Below, one piece after another: positions 62,005 through 64,000 of a DNA stretch of 64,000 bases (position 1 is the first letter of the stretch; every line of letters begins with the position of its first letter). The translations under genes and the position numbers were made by a program. The notes beneath the pieces were generated by a model, which was not told the DNA's origin, did not search any database, and saw only the letters and a program-made list of their open reading frames with translations. The stretch spans positions 1,056,001 through 1,120,000 of the forward strand of contig OZ242186.1 of assembly GCA_965205675.1 (NCBI GenBank), in the 5' to 3' direction. The stretch comes from Nitrosopumilus sp. GTDB taxonomy: Archaea > Thermoproteota > Nitrososphaeria > Nitrososphaerales > Nitrosopumilaceae.

Positions 62005-62520
62005 ATGAAAATTTCCAGTAAAATGAAAAAAGCATTAAATGATCAAGTTGCCTTGGAATCTTCTGCATCTAATAGCTATTTGGCCATGGCTTCTTGGTGT
62101 GAAGTAACTGGCTATCAGGGATCTGCAAATTACTTTTACGCCCAGTCTGATGAAGAGCGAGCACACATGTTAAAAATTGTACATTATCTTAATGATATGG
62201 GAGCTATTGCAACTATTCCTGCAACTAAATCACCCTTGACTACATACAAATCTCTTGAAGGATTAATTAAGACTGCATTAAAAAATGAACAAGTCGTAAC
62301 CAAAGCAATTCATAAAATAGTTGAAATTGCGCAAAAAGAAAAAGATCATTCTACTAATGTATTTTTAGAATGGTTTGTCAATGAACAAGTTCAAGAAGAA
62401 ACAAAATTTGAAACAATATTGCAAAAGTTTGATCTTATTGGACGTGACAAGCTTGCAATTAATGAAATAGACAAAATTCTTGCAATAGATGCGGCCGCCC
62501 CTGCAGAACCTGTCGTTTAG
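62005..62520 (+). CDS. ftnA: Ferritin
   Basis: LNDQVALE..YLAMASW, QSDEERAH, FLEWFVNEQVQEE. Confidence 0.93.
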   Translation: MKISSKMKKALNDQVALESSASNSYLAMASWCEVTGYQGSANYFYAQSDEERAHMLKIVHYLNDMGAIATIPATKSPLTTYKSLEGLIKTALKNEQVVTKAIHKIVEIAQKEKDHSTNVFLEWFVNEQVQEETKFETILQKFDLIGRDKLAINEIDKILAIDAAAPAEPVV

Positions 62521-62568
62521 AAAACTAATTTATAAAATAATTAATACTGCATTATTTTCATTCATTTT

Positions 62569-62901
62569 ATGACAATAACTGTCACTAGAAAGCCTAGCGG
62601 CATTACGCAATTATTTAATACTGACACTGGTCGAGTTACCTACAAGTGTAAGGCAGATTCGGCATTCATGTTTATTGAAGCCTTTGGCGGAATTGTAAAA
62701 TTTAATCAGAAAGGAGCAATTGCTACTGTAACTGGTCATATTACATCGTTAGAATCTTGTGATGTAATAAAGAAAGGTCATTTAGAATACAAAGAAGCAT
62801 TATCAGTTATTATTTCAGAACATAAAGAATTTGCACAAAATGTTTCTGATTCATATCAAAAAAAAATTCAAGAATTAAAAAATAAATTATCTGCTCTTTA
62901 A
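62569..62901 (+). CDS. Hypothetical protein
   Basis: 110-aa ORF. Confidence 0.6.
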   Translation: MTITVTRKPSGITQLFNTDTGRVTYKCKADSAFMFIEAFGGIVKFNQKGAIATVTGHITSLESCDVIKKGHLEYKEALSVIISEHKEFAQNVSDSYQKKIQELKNKLSAL

Positions 62902-62923
62902 TTTTCTACAAGTTTAAAATTAT

Positions 62924-63097
62924 CTATCCATATATCATACAATGTTCACATTCACAAACTTTTTGTTCCTTTGATTTCTTTAGGCATTTTTTATGTTGTC
63001 CTGCTTGACATTGCACGCAAATCTCCTCAATGTTATCTACGCTAGTATATTTTTTTGATTGATCAAATCCAAACCCTCCATCTTGTGGCCCTACCAT
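62924..63097 (-). CDS. Small Cys-rich protein (57 aa)
   Basis: MVGPQDGGFGF..ICVQCQAGQHKKC..VCECEHCMIYG. Confidence 0.55.
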   Translation of the reverse strand: MVGPQDGGFGFDQSKKYTSVDNIEEICVQCQAGQHKKCLKKSKEQKVCECEHCMIYG

Positions 63098-63131
63098 GGA
63101 TTTACTAAATCAAAGTTCTATTTTTACTTGA

Positions 63132-63443
63132 CTAATTAATTGCAGAGTTTATTGCCTTTTGTAATTTTGTCTTTTGTGTCTCAATTATTCCTCTAATTTC
63201 AAAAGTATCTACATATCCTCCGGCTGATGCACGAGTTGCTTTAAGCAGATAGTGCAAAGCCCCTTCCTCTATCTTTCCTACATAGTAACCGTAAAGAAAA
63301 TCTGTTTCATTTCCACACTTCCAAATTTGTTTAATTGCTGGAAATGTTTGTTTCATTTCTGTAGGGATCTCCCGAATTCTTCGTTGAATATATTGATCTA
63401 ATGATTTTCTAATTGATGAATCCTGTAACAACTTTAATAGCAT
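63132..63443 (-). CDS. Thaumarchaeal-type hypothetical protein
   Basis: IWKC..DFLYGYYVG; similar pattern to 34209-34496. Confidence 0.7.
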   Translation of the reverse strand: MLLKLLQDSSIRKSLDQYIQRRIREIPTEMKQTFPAIKQIWKCGNETDFLYGYYVGKIEEGALHYLLKATRASAGGYVDTFEIRGIIETQKTKLQKAINSAIN

Positions 63444-63830
63444 TTGAGAATCTTTGCTTTTTAGTCTTTTTCCTTTCCGTCTTTTTTATTTTTGTCCGGT
63501 TTATCCCACATGTGCATTGTACCTCTAATCATAAATGATCCTACAATTATGGCAACTAATCCTCCCACTATGAATAAAAAGAATTTTCCAATATCTTTGA
63601 TGCTTGCCACATTGTTATCTCTATGTTTGTCTAATTATAATTGTCTGAGACAGACAATTAGATTCAATAATGAGTTTAAAGAATTCTTATCAAATGTCTA
63701 AAATTAAGCAAATCGCTGCTTGGATTGCAATCATCGGTGGCGGAATAGGCTTTTTCTTCGTCTCTATTGAAATGGCTGAATTCATGCGATAATATGAAAA
63801 CTAAATACAATCAATTTTAAAATATTATTT

Positions 63831-64000
63831 ATGATTACTGAAGAAATTAAGGATTTTTTGAATTTACAAAAACTAGGTTATGTTGCAACTGTTTCATCTG
63901 ATGGCAAACCCAACCTTTCTCCTAAAGGGACTATAATTGGATGGACTTCAAAAATTTTGGCTTTTGCAGATATTCGTTCGCCTGACACTATGAAAAATCT
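63831..64000 (+). CDS. Pyridoxamine 5'-phosphate oxidase-family protein (5' part)
   Basis: LGYVATVSSDGKPNLSPKGT..FADIRSPDTMKN. Confidence 0.8.
   Translation, partial: MITEEIKDFLNLQKLGYVATVSSDGKPNLSPKGTIIGWTSKILAFADIRSPDTMKN

Noticed and set aside
1-64000. CRISPR array or cas genes
   Set aside because: No regularly spaced repeat-spacer array and no Cas motifs; the repeats are IS ends or dispersed palindromes

Overview
AT-rich archaeal DNA that looks like a Nitrosopumilaceae (ammonia-oxidising Thaumarchaeota) chromosome. The evidence is proteasome alpha, the archaeal L3-L6 ribosomal cluster with S4e and Rpp29, thiolase/DUF35, F420-dependent enzymes, purC and tRNA-Asn. Roughly 20 of the 64 kb (my tally of the coordinates below) is insertion sequence from at least eight families (IS66, IS630 in three subtypes, IS5 in two subtypes, ISH3, IS3, IS481, IS1595, IS110), plus MITEs, solo ends and nested insertions. 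A Liv-type ABC transporter and secreted multidomain proteases suggest a host-associated (e.g. sponge-symbiont-like) lineage; this is inference. The strongest signal is an apparently intact IS110/IS1111-group element (52052-53402, minus strand). Its 3' non-coding end holds two structurally duplicated loops whose variable segments match the element's own flanks (target TGTAATT-AT-TAGAC) and its own ends (donor). This reads as an archaeal bridge RNA, and half of its target is the terminus of the window's most abundant IS5-family element. All calls are from sequence and motif inspection only.
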